A DNA stretch of 64,000 nucleotides from positions 1-64,000 of the forward strand of contig JBEGVZ010000018.1 in NCBI GenBank assembly GCA_041178085.1, given 5' to 3'. The notes under the pieces are model-generated. The model saw only the letters and a program-made list of their open reading frames with translations, searched no databases and had not been told where the DNA came from. Positions 18,750 through 27,747 of this stretch are shown one piece after another. Source of the stretch: Pseudomonadota bacterium (GTDB lineage: Bacteria; Bdellovibrionota_B; Oligoflexia; Oligoflexales; RGVZ01). How positions within the stretch are numbered: the stretch's first letter is position 1; every line of letters starts with the position of its first letter. The position numbers and the translations under genes were made by a program.

Positions 18750-19682
18750 ATGATGACAATGACAAACAAAAAAACGAATTTGCTCAATGCGTGCCTTGCC
18801 CTGGTTGTTACCGGGACTTTTGCCTGTACAACTTCTGGCAAGAAGGAATCCGCGGAAACACCGCCTGCTCCGGCCAACAGCGAAGGCGTGTTCGGTGCAG
18901 CCGCGGATCCTGGTACCCTCCGTAACAGCTTTGTAATCGAGATGGCAGGCGCTGCCGCCGTCTGGAGCAGCCAGGATCCAGCCAAGTGGTTGGATGCAAC
19001 CGTGTTCGCGCAAATAGAAAAGGGTGATGCAGAAGGTGCAGAACGCAACGCCCGTGCATTGCTGGCCAAAAACCCGGCGGATCCGCAAGCCATGCTGGCT
19101 CTCTCCGCAAGCTTGCTGGTCTCTCGCAACGTCGAACTGGCCGACTATTACGCCACACGGGTGGCATCGATGCAGTCGATCGAACAGGCCTCTGCATTGA
19201 ACATCCGTGGAATTTGCCGGGTCTTGTTTGCCGTCGCCACTGGTCGCAGCGAGGATTACGACGACGCGGCAAATTTCTTCCGTAACTCTTTGGCCGCAAA
19301 CGGCAACCAGGTGGCCGCCGCCCTCAACCTTGGCGAGCTGGAGCTGGTGCGCAACCGGGCCGGTGAAGCAGTATCGGCATTCAGCCAAGCCGCCGGACGA
19401 TGCCAAGAATGCCGCCCGGCACTTTACGGCTGGGGTCTGGCGGCGATGCGGGCACGCCAATTTGATACCGCTCGCGACCAGTTCAAGACGCTGGCCAAGC
19501 GCGACCCCTCAGACGATGAAGCAAATTACCAGCTGGCGCTTGCCGAGGCCTATGGCTTCAAGGAAATCGACCGCGCCGCCCGCATCTTGAAAGACCTTGC
19601 GACTGGCAGCAAAGATATGCGCATCCGGGCCATGGCCGAATCGGTCCTGCGGAAACTGCGCGGATCTGGGGGTAACTTGTGA
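18750..19682 (+). CDS. TPR lipoprotein, GltE/AglT-like
   Basis: GGAGG SD; lipobox TFAC; serial TPRs (ALNIRGI, AALNLGEL, ALYGWGLA, ANYQLAL); directly follows the GltD-like gene. Confidence 0.6.
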   Translation: MMTMTNKKTNLLNACLALVVTGTFACTTSGKKESAETPPAPANSEGVFGAAADPGTLRNSFVIEMAGAAAVWSSQDPAKWLDATVFAQIEKGDAEGAERNARALLAKNPADPQAMLALSASLLVSRNVELADYYATRVASMQSIEQASALNIRGICRVLFAVATGRSEDYDDAANFFRNSLAANGNQVAAALNLGELELVRNRAGEAVSAFSQAAGRCQECRPALYGWGLAAMRARQFDTARDQFKTLAKRDPSDDEANYQLALAEAYGFKEIDRAARILKDLATGSKDMRIRAMAESVLRKLRGSGGNL

Positions 19683-20992
19683 CCGGCGAGATCCATCCAA
19701 TCATGCGGTTTGCACTCATCGGAGCAAGCCTGATCGCCGGCGCAACCTTTACCGGTTGCAAGCCGTTACCGTTCAAGGGCGTGATCCAGAGTTCAGCCTA
19801 CATTGTTGGTAAAAACAACCTGCGCGCGATCGATGCATCGCGCGCAGATGCCATGACCGCCCCCGAGACGAGCCCCGAATCTTTGCCGGCACTGACTCAA
19901 AGCCTTGAGGACAAGATCCGTCAAGTTGCTGCTGCGACTGTTTTGATTGTAGCCCCGCTCAGATCGGGGGAAACCAGGTTCTGCTCGGGCGCGGCATACA
20001 CCACCGATAACGGTGTTGTCATTGTCACCAACCGGCACTGCTTTGCCACCTCAAAGGAACATAAAGCTGAGGACGTACCGCTTGACCCCTGGGCCTGCGA
20101 GAAGACCCAGGTCTACCTTGACTTCGACCTGTCCACCGCACTCCCCGGTCGCCGTGCCGCCTGCGCCAAAGGATCGATCAAAACCAACGCGCGCCTTGAC
20201 CTTGCCACCTTCAAGCTTGAAGGCGATACCCCTGCACAAACCCTTCAACTACGAAAGATCGATCCGACACCGTCTGATCGCCTTGCGACATTTATCGTTC
20301 ATTTCCCTGACGTCGAGGAAAAACGTATCCGCCTGGACCTGGCCAAGTTCCCCGGCGCCCCAGCCACGGCACCACGTATGACGGTGAGCTTCGAAGAGTG
20401 CCAGACTGCCGGCTACTTCAAAGAGGAACACTACAAGATCGATCCCAGCCTGCCTTACGGCCTGCGCCACACCTGCGACATGATCAAAGGCTCGAGCGGA
20501 TCCTCGCTCATTGACGCTGCAACCGGTGAATCCCTGGGCGTCAACTGGGGCGGCATTCGGTTTGGCGAGGACCCCACCGCCGAGACGTTCAACATCGCAA
20601 CACGTGCGACCTTGGTGACATCGTTTCTGACCATGCCCGAAACGGATCTTGAAAGTTTCCTCGCGGCGATCGCCGACCAGCCCCTTGCTGCCTTCGTCGG
20701 GGACGGAACAAGCGATGCCAAGGTTTCCCGGACGAGCGGCCGCAAGAACGTTGTCGGGGGTTGTGCTATGATTCAAGAAACAGCCAACGCCAGTACTGGA
20801 GACGGACCAGCCAATGATCCAGAGAAGCACAATCACAGCCTGTGGCAGGACCTTGGTTGGCTTGGCCTTGGGTTTGCCGTTGGTGCTGGCCTTGCCCTGC
20901 AACGGAAACGCCGGCGGCAACGTGCAGCGGCAAGCGGCGGAGCGCAACCATCCGGCAGGGCTCCAAGCCTGGGCAAAAAACCGGCTGCTTGA
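19679..20992 (+). CDS. Trypsin-like serine protease lipoprotein with possible Cys-containing C-terminal sorting signal
   Basis: FTGC lipobox; FCSG, VTNRHC, LDLATF, HTCDMIKGSSGSS; tail GGC...WLGLGFAVGAGLALQRKRRR. Confidence 0.85.
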   Translation: MTGEIHPIMRFALIGASLIAGATFTGCKPLPFKGVIQSSAYIVGKNNLRAIDASRADAMTAPETSPESLPALTQSLEDKIRQVAAATVLIVAPLRSGETRFCSGAAYTTDNGVVIVTNRHCFATSKEHKAEDVPLDPWACEKTQVYLDFDLSTALPGRRAACAKGSIKTNARLDLATFKLEGDTPAQTLQLRKIDPTPSDRLATFIVHFPDVEEKRIRLDLAKFPGAPATAPRMTVSFEECQTAGYFKEEHYKIDPSLPYGLRHTCDMIKGSSGSSLIDAATGESLGVNWGGIRFGEDPTAETFNIATRATLVTSFLTMPETDLESFLAAIADQPLAAFVGDGTSDAKVSRTSGRKNVVGGCAMIQETANASTGDGPANDPEKHNHSLWQDLGWLGLGFAVGAGLALQRKRRRQRAAASGGAQPSGRAPSLGKKPAA

Positions 20993-21503
20993 TTCGCTTT
21001 CAACCACAGCCGGTGCCAACCAGCAACACACGGGGACGGCAACTGGCTGTGAGATACAACCCGAAGGCGTCTCGGCGATCGTCTCCATCCTGTCCGTGAC
21101 CGACCCGAAAACAAGGCAGGATCAATCTTCGACCTTGCTGGCCAACCGGGCCTGGAACCAGTTCGTCTGCGATTTCAGGGCTGCGGAACAGAAAATGAAC
21201 CTGGCGCCAGCTACCGGCCCGGCAGCCCTGCTCCCCGAAGTTGAAATGACAGGCCGGGAGGCAAGCGTGCAGCTGCTGCTGCAGGCGGTCCAAGGCTGCG
21301 GCCGCTGTGCTGAAGGGCCCTTACTCCAAACGGTCGCTGCGGGTTCCGCCATAAAAGCCCGTATGTACCCGGAAGCCTTACGTCTTTTGTTCGACCTGCT
21401 TGAGGTCAACGCCGAGTTCAGACCAGTCTATGAATCGGTACAGCGCACTTTTGCGGCCAGTCATCGCGGCAAGGGCGAAGTTTCGCTCGGGGCTCCGCGC
21501 TAA
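20814..21503 (+). CDS. Hypothetical protein, possibly exported, TPR-like C-terminus
   Basis: 229 aa ORF covering 20992-21503; start uncertain because it overlaps the protease by 179 nt. Confidence 0.55.
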   Translation: MIQRSTITACGRTLVGLALGLPLVLALPCNGNAGGNVQRQAAERNHPAGLQAWAKNRLLDSLSTTAGANQQHTGTATGCEIQPEGVSAIVSILSVTDPKTRQDQSSTLLANRAWNQFVCDFRAAEQKMNLAPATGPAALLPEVEMTGREASVQLLLQAVQGCGRCAEGPLLQTVAAGSAIKARMYPEALRLLFDLLEVNAEFRPVYESVQRTFAASHRGKGEVSLGAPR

Positions 21504-21528
21504 ATCGCCGCTTCATCCTTGAACCTGC

Positions 21529-22938
21529 GTGCAGCGTCGACTAAAAACGCTGCTTATGAAGACGCCTGCACCAATCCAAAAAATCCTTTTATCGTTGATC
21601 CTGGTCTATGCTCATTCCGGCACCGCCAGGGCAGACCTGCGAACACCACCATCAAACCGTGGCATTTTCGGTTCCGGTAGGACCGGTTTGCTTGACTGGC
21701 AAGTGCGGGCCCACGGCGGTGGATGCGGCCACGCCGGCAAGTCCGCAACGTGGTGTGATGAATCGAATCGCCAGGAGATCCTTGCCGACCTTGGCATCGA
21801 ACCATTCATGGTTGCGTGGATCCGTTCCCCGCGTACCAGGTTTGTCGCGGTATCTTATTACGCATTTGGCAGTCCTTCGGTCGCGGATGCACTGTGCGAG
21901 GAAGCAACGCAACGCGCCCTCAAGGTCGAGGCCATCTTGCAAGACTGGCCTTCGCCACGGGGCCCGGGCTCCAGCGGTTACCGCAAGCTGGTCGAGTGTG
22001 CCCAGACGACCCCCAGCCTGCGAGTCACAAAACTTGGGGCAGAGGGCGGAATCCATCACGCCAAGATATTTCTCGCGTCGGAATCGCCAGACCCGTTCGA
22101 CCAGGCATCCCCCGACACTGATGCAAGGACCGTGGTCACGGTATCCAGCGCAAACCTGTCCCACAACGGCGTCGGGATGCACCTGGAAAACTGGCTGATC
22201 ATGGAAGGCCCCGCCAGTGAGGCCGTTTTGCGTGCGAACTGGTGCTACGTGCAATCCCTGCCGCACCTGGCAGGTGCGCGTAACGATTTCCATCAGGCCC
22301 ATCTTGCCTGCCAGGCCAACGCCAGGGCGGTTTCTGGCGCCAACGCCAGTCAGAACGATGCGATCCAGTTCATACCGATGCCGGCTACCCGGCCGGCGCG
22401 GAAGGCGATCGACGCCCTCCTCGAAACGATCGCAAGTGCACAAAAATCAATCCATGTCGCCGCCCATATCTTCACTGCAGCAAGAACAACACGGTCAGGC
22501 CTGGTCGCAGAATTGATCGCCGCAGCCCGGCGGGGAGTGGATGTCACCATTCTGCTCGACGACGACACCGAGCTCGTTTACCGGCGACTGGGTCCTTGGC
22601 AACGCCTGAAGGTCGGGAGTGATGACCTGGAAGCCGTTCAGATGATGCTTTCATCCCCGGTCAAGCTGAAGTCCGTTGATACCAACGAACAAACCAGCCA
22701 GCTGCACCACAACAAGTTCATTGTGATCGACGGACAGACGCTGTGGACAGGATCCGGGAACTTCACGGCATCCTCCCTTGCAGGCCGCAATACAGAGCAG
22801 TTTTACCTGATCCGGGACACCGCCATCGTTCAGGCCTACAACGAGTTGTGGAACCTGATCGACCTCAGTGCGACGCCGTTTGGCACACTGCAGGGGGAAA
22901 ATGGGTTGTTTTCAGGGAACAATCTGCTATCCCCATAA
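21529..22938 (+). CDS. Secreted phospholipase D superfamily protein
   Basis: Signal peptide (alternative start 21556); HHAKIFLA...SSANLS and LHHNKFIVIDG...TGSGNFT. Confidence 0.85.
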   Translation: MQRRLKTLLMKTPAPIQKILLSLILVYAHSGTARADLRTPPSNRGIFGSGRTGLLDWQVRAHGGGCGHAGKSATWCDESNRQEILADLGIEPFMVAWIRSPRTRFVAVSYYAFGSPSVADALCEEATQRALKVEAILQDWPSPRGPGSSGYRKLVECAQTTPSLRVTKLGAEGGIHHAKIFLASESPDPFDQASPDTDARTVVTVSSANLSHNGVGMHLENWLIMEGPASEAVLRANWCYVQSLPHLAGARNDFHQAHLACQANARAVSGANASQNDAIQFIPMPATRPARKAIDALLETIASAQKSIHVAAHIFTAARTTRSGLVAELIAAARRGVDVTILLDDDTELVYRRLGPWQRLKVGSDDLEAVQMMLSSPVKLKSVDTNEQTSQLHHNKFIVIDGQTLWTGSGNFTASSLAGRNTEQFYLIRDTAIVQAYNELWNLIDLSATPFGTLQGENGLFSGNNLLSP

Positions 22939-22967
22939 TCTGTCACAGAAAAAACGGGGTCCGATCC

Positions 22968-24887
22968 GTGAGTCAAGCGCTTGCCCATTCCAAAACGTCG
23001 CCCTTCCTGACCGCCATCGCCTCTGGCAAGGCATTACTCATGGACGGGGCAATGGGTACGGAGCTCTATTCCAAGGGAACCTTCATCAACAAGTGCTTCG
23101 AGGAACTAAACCTCAACAATCCAGCGCTGGTTGTGGAAGTTCACCTGACCTACCTGCGCGCCGGCGCGGACATCGTCTCAACAAACAGCTGGGGCGCAAA
23201 CCGGTTCAAGCTCTCGGGACATAACCTTCACGATCGCGTCCAGGAAATCAACCACAAGGCCGCTGAAATAGCGCGGAACGCCGTACGTGCCAGTGGCCGC
23301 GACAGCACGATGATTGCTGGCAGCATTGGTCCGCTGGGCGTCCGGATTGAACCATGGGGACCGACATCTTTTGACGAGGCCAAGGCTGCTTTTGCGGAGC
23401 AAATCCGCGCACTGGTGTCGGGTGGCATCGATATCATTTCGCTCGAGACTTTTTCGGATATCAGCGAGCTCCAGCAGGCCGTGCTGGCGGCACGTGAAAT
23501 TGCCCCTGGAATCCCGGTGATCGCGCAGATTGCGATCAACCCGGACGGCAAGTCCCTCATGGGAACCCCGCTTGAGTGGGCCATGAAAAAACTGGACGAA
23601 TGGGACGTCGATGTCGTCGGCCTCAATTGCAGCGTCGGGCCTCAACCGATGATGACTGCGCTGCCAAAGATCCGGGCTGCGACGAGCAAGCCGCTGTGCA
23701 TGCAACCAAACGCCGGCATGCCAAAGCTGGTAGAAGGGCGTACCTTCTACATGAGTACGCCGGAATACCTTGCCGAATTCACCAAGGGATTCCTGCAATC
23801 GGGCGTCAGCGTCATCGGCGGATGCTGCGGAACCACCCCGGAACACATCCGCGCAATGGCCAATGCCTTCCGTCACCACGCGGCGATGTCAGCCGTGGAG
23901 TCTGGTTCAAACGCAGGTCAGTCTGTCAGCAAGATCGAGCTGTCTGGGTCTCCGGAACAGGCGCCAGAGCAACAAGGCGTAACGCCAGTCCCAGCCCTGG
24001 AAAAATCCACTTGGGCAAAAAAGATTGCCCGTGGCGAACGAGTGCTTTCCGTTGAATTGTTGCCACCTGCCGGCGTCAAAACTGGCAAGATCATCGAACA
24101 GTCGAAGCAGCTGAAGTCTGCCGGAATCGATGCCATCAACATCCCCGACGGGCCACGTGCCAGTGCGCGGATGAGTGCCATCCTGACTGCAGTCATGATT
24201 GAGAAACGCGCGGGAATTGAAACGGTTCTGCACTACACTTGCCGCGACCGTAACCTTCTTGGCATGCAATCCGACATGCTCGGTGCACATGCGATTGGCT
24301 TGCGCAACATGCTGCTCGTCACCGGCGATCCGCCCAAGATGGGGTCATACCCAAACGCCACCGGTGTTTTTGACATCGATGCCATTGGCCTGACTAACAT
24401 GGTAGCCCGCCTCAACCGGGGCCTTGATCTGGGTGGCCGGCCGATTGGCGCGCCGACGGCGATGAGTGTGGGTGTCGGAGTCAATCCGGTTCACCGCGAC
24501 TTCGCCTATGAGATGAAGCGTTTCCGTTACAAAGTCGAGGCTGGCGCAGAGTGGTGCATAACGCAGCCCGTGTTTGATGCAGATTCCCTGTTCCGTTTCC
24601 TGGATCACATCGAGAAGAATAACGTGCGCATCCCGGTGATCGCGGGCGTCTGGCCGCTGCTGTCACTGCGCAATGCCGTTTTCATGAACAACGAAGTGCC
24701 GGGCGTTGTCATCCCCGAGTCTGTCATGAAACGCATGGAAAAACCCACGGACCCGGAAGACGCCAAGCGAGTCGGTGTCGACATCGCACGCGAGATGGTT
24801 GAGAAGCTTGGCTCGAACGTCCAGGGACTGCAACTATCCGCACCGTTCGGGCGCACCGACCTTGCCCTTGCAATCGTTTCGCCGTAA
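22968..24887 (+). CDS. yitJ: Bifunctional homocysteine S-methyltransferase / 5,10-methylenetetrahydrofolate reductase (YitJ type)
   Basis: DGAMGTEL, GLNCSVGP, PNAGMP, IGGCCGTTPEHI; MTHFR half SVELLPP, HYTCRDRN, TGDPP, ITQPVFD. Confidence 0.92.
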   Translation: MSQALAHSKTSPFLTAIASGKALLMDGAMGTELYSKGTFINKCFEELNLNNPALVVEVHLTYLRAGADIVSTNSWGANRFKLSGHNLHDRVQEINHKAAEIARNAVRASGRDSTMIAGSIGPLGVRIEPWGPTSFDEAKAAFAEQIRALVSGGIDIISLETFSDISELQQAVLAAREIAPGIPVIAQIAINPDGKSLMGTPLEWAMKKLDEWDVDVVGLNCSVGPQPMMTALPKIRAATSKPLCMQPNAGMPKLVEGRTFYMSTPEYLAEFTKGFLQSGVSVIGGCCGTTPEHIRAMANAFRHHAAMSAVESGSNAGQSVSKIELSGSPEQAPEQQGVTPVPALEKSTWAKKIARGERVLSVELLPPAGVKTGKIIEQSKQLKSAGIDAINIPDGPRASARMSAILTAVMIEKRAGIETVLHYTCRDRNLLGMQSDMLGAHAIGLRNMLLVTGDPPKMGSYPNATGVFDIDAIGLTNMVARLNRGLDLGGRPIGAPTAMSVGVGVNPVHRDFAYEMKRFRYKVEAGAEWCITQPVFDADSLFRFLDHIEKNNVRIPVIAGVWPLLSLRNAVFMNNEVPGVVIPESVMKRMEKPTDPEDAKRVGVDIAREMVEKLGSNVQGLQLSAPFGRTDLALAIVSP

Positions 24888-24893
24888 GATTTT

Positions 24894-25823
24894 TTGCAGG
24901 GAAGCACGGAGGCTTCTTTGCACAAGGCATACGCGATATTGTTCTTCTTTGCATCATGGTCCGGCATTGCCCAGGGCAGTGACCGCCGGGTCGCCATCTT
25001 CTCGCTAAACATTCAATGGTACGGACTGGGCGGGTCGATGGAAGGGTCTCCCGAACAGGAAGACCGCGACAGCGACCTTGCAACTCTGGTCGGGGATGCT
25101 TTTGACACACATGATGTCGGAGTGTTCGAGGAGATCGTCCATGTCGACCGCTTCATCGCACGGATCGTCCCACGCGATGTCGAATGCCAGAGCTACGACC
25201 ACCAGAATGCGAAGCACCAGCATGTCGTGGTCTGTGTGCGGCGTCCCCTCGAATTCAAGCCGCTTAAAACTGCATCCCACTTCACCTGGGATGATGTCGC
25301 AGTGGGCCAGACACGTCCCGCAGTCGTGGGCAGGATATGTGACCGCAGCGGCAAAACAATCACCCATCTGATCGCGGTACACCTGAAGTCTTCTCCCGAA
25401 TTTTCGAATGTCCGAAAGCAACAGGCAAAAATCCTTGCCAGCCACATCCGCAACGAGATTGCCAACTCGGCGCAACCCGTCGTGGTCACGGGGGACTTCA
25501 ACACATTCGGGAACGATGACGAAGTGATCCGGACCGAACTGTCACGCTCCGGGATGGATTTTTTTGAGTTGCGGTCGGCCGCAAAAAACACCTTTGCTAC
25601 GCGTAAATACCAGAACAAGTTCGACCGCATTTTCTTCTCTGCCGGACTTTCACCGGCATCACTTACCTTGGTCAGCGGACCTTGCAATACCCTCGAGTCG
25701 CGGGGTGAGGCGGAGGAGTCCATCATCAAGTCTTTGTTCGGGGACTTGGACGAATGGAACCGCAAGATCTCGGATCATTGTCTGATTCACGCGTCTTTTG
25801 TCAAAAATTCAAACGGCCATTGA
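24894..25823 (+). CDS. Exported endonuclease/exonuclease/phosphatase (EEP) family protein
   Basis: SLNIQW, FEEI, VHLKS, VTGDFN, KFDRIF, ISDH. Confidence 0.85.
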   Translation: MQGSTEASLHKAYAILFFFASWSGIAQGSDRRVAIFSLNIQWYGLGGSMEGSPEQEDRDSDLATLVGDAFDTHDVGVFEEIVHVDRFIARIVPRDVECQSYDHQNAKHQHVVVCVRRPLEFKPLKTASHFTWDDVAVGQTRPAVVGRICDRSGKTITHLIAVHLKSSPEFSNVRKQQAKILASHIRNEIANSAQPVVVTGDFNTFGNDDEVIRTELSRSGMDFFELRSAAKNTFATRKYQNKFDRIFFSAGLSPASLTLVSGPCNTLESRGEAEESIIKSLFGDLDEWNRKISDHCLIHASFVKNSNGH

Positions 25824-25915
25824 TTGCTGGCCTAATCGACCGTCCATTTCGTGCCGATGACAATCGCGGTCATGGAAATCCGTGACAACAACGCAGCTAC
25901 GGGGGATTCGGCGCC

Positions 25916-27661
25916 ATGTCGGTCGATCTGTTCAAGCAACTGCTCCGGGCAGCAATTGCTGCCAAAGCAACCGCCCTGCTCATCCGGGCCGACAAGACCC
26001 CTTCGATTGAAGGGCCTTCCGGGCTTTCCGAATTGCCTGCGACGACCATAAACTCTGCCCAGATATTGGAGATCCTTGACGGTATCGCTCCCGGCGACAA
26101 GGCCGGTTTGCTGTCTCAAGGTAAATCAAGGGGAAGCCTGAACCTGGGCGCAGGTGGCAAAGTCGGATTCATCTGCACGGCCGCCAACGGTTCTGCAACG
26201 TCGATGCATGTGTTTTTCCTTCCAGTCGCCGAGAAGCAATTTGAGGAGCACTGGGTCAAGCTGCACTCGCCGCAGGCAAGCAAAGACTCGCCCCCAGCAA
26301 CTACGGGCAACGTGTTGCCACCAGAGGCATTCTCAGTGATGGCTGCTGTAAAGTCGCCTGTTCCGGCACAGGCCACTGCGACTGCGGCACTACCAATCAC
26401 GACCGTCGCGGCAACGCCTCAGCCGGCGGCTGTGGTGCCGCCAGCAGCGCCTACCCAGAACAGCCCGCTTCCGGCAACAACGCAGGAGACGGCAAAGGCG
26501 ACGATACTTCAGGAAATCGACTACGGTGCGTATTTCAAAGGCGAGCAGACGGTCAGCAACGGGGAAAATGAAATCGATCGCTACTTGAAAGAGATGGTCA
26601 AGCGAAAGGCCAGCGACTTGCACCTGACTGGTGGACAGCCGGTGATTTTCCGTGCGGACGGCGAAATCACGCGCTTGCCCGATACTTCGCTCACCGCCGA
26701 ATACATGCGCCAGATACTCGAGCCGATCATACCGCCCCGCAACCGGGAAGAGATCATCAAGATTAATGACACGGACTTCGCTTATGAAGTCACGAATGTT
26801 GGCCGTTTCCGTGTGAACGTGTTTCGTGACCGCAACGGCATTGGAGCCGTACTTCGCCATATTCCTGCGACCATCCTGACCGCAGAACAGCTCAAGCTGG
26901 CGCCAGCCATCACCAACTTCTGCAAACTCCACAAGGGACTGGTCTTGGTCACAGGACCGACCGGATCAGGAAAGTCAACGACCCTGGCAGCGATGCTCGA
27001 CCTGATCAACAAGAACCGTCACGACCACATCCTTACCGTTGAAGATCCGATCGAATTTGTGCATCCCCAGCAAAAGTGCCTGGTGAACCAGCGAGAAGTA
27101 CACCGGCATACGACTTCATTCGCACGGGCGCTGAAAGCCGCGCTGCGGGAAGACCCCGATATCGTACTGATCGGCGAAATGCGAGACCTGGAAACGATCT
27201 CCATTGCCATTGAAACGGCAGAAACCGGTCACCTTGTTTTCGGGACACTTCACACTACGACTGCAGTCTCGACTGTGGACCGGATTATCCAGCAGTTCCC
27301 GGCAGAACGCCAGGAGCAGATCCGCATGATGCTCGCCGGCGGGTTACGAGGCGTTGTCGCCCAGACGCTGCTGAAGAAAATCGGTGGCGGCCGGGTGGCC
27401 GCCCACGAAATCCTCGTGGTCAATGATGCGGTCAGCGCAATGATCCGTGAAGGCAAAAACCACATGATCCCGAATCACATGCAGACCCAAAAAGCGGATG
27501 GAAATCTTCTTTTGAACGAAAGCCTGATGAACCTGGTGAGCCAAAATCTCGTCACACCGGCGGACGCATATTCAAAGTCTGTGGATAAAAACACGCTTGC
27601 TGACATGATGAAGCGCAAAGGCATCGACACCACGCCGTTTGAATTGCGCAAATCCGCATAA
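25916..27661 (+). CDS. pilT: Type IV pilus retraction ATPase PilT with N-terminal extension
   Basis: ASDLHL, GPTGSGKST, TVEDPIE, LREDPDIVLIGEMRD, ETGHLVFGTLHT, AVSAMIRE. Confidence 0.92.
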   Translation: MSVDLFKQLLRAAIAAKATALLIRADKTPSIEGPSGLSELPATTINSAQILEILDGIAPGDKAGLLSQGKSRGSLNLGAGGKVGFICTAANGSATSMHVFFLPVAEKQFEEHWVKLHSPQASKDSPPATTGNVLPPEAFSVMAAVKSPVPAQATATAALPITTVAATPQPAAVVPPAAPTQNSPLPATTQETAKATILQEIDYGAYFKGEQTVSNGENEIDRYLKEMVKRKASDLHLTGGQPVIFRADGEITRLPDTSLTAEYMRQILEPIIPPRNREEIIKINDTDFAYEVTNVGRFRVNVFRDRNGIGAVLRHIPATILTAEQLKLAPAITNFCKLHKGLVLVTGPTGSGKSTTLAAMLDLINKNRHDHILTVEDPIEFVHPQQKCLVNQREVHRHTTSFARALKAALREDPDIVLIGEMRDLETISIAIETAETGHLVFGTLHTTTAVSTVDRIIQQFPAERQEQIRMMLAGGLRGVVAQTLLKKIGGGRVAAHEILVVNDAVSAMIREGKNHMIPNHMQTQKADGNLLLNESLMNLVSQNLVTPADAYSKSVDKNTLADMMKRKGIDTTPFELRKSA

Positions 27662-27747
27662 AAACCGCATCAGGTTTTGCAAAAAAACCGGCTTCGTAGT
27701 ACCTCTGGAACTGGGCCCTTCAAGGGATCCAGCAGGGGTGAAAACGA

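Noticed and set aside
22938..22968. SAM or cobalamin riboswitch before the methionine-synthesis gene
   Set aside because: Only about 30 nt of intergenic space and no recognisable aptamer.
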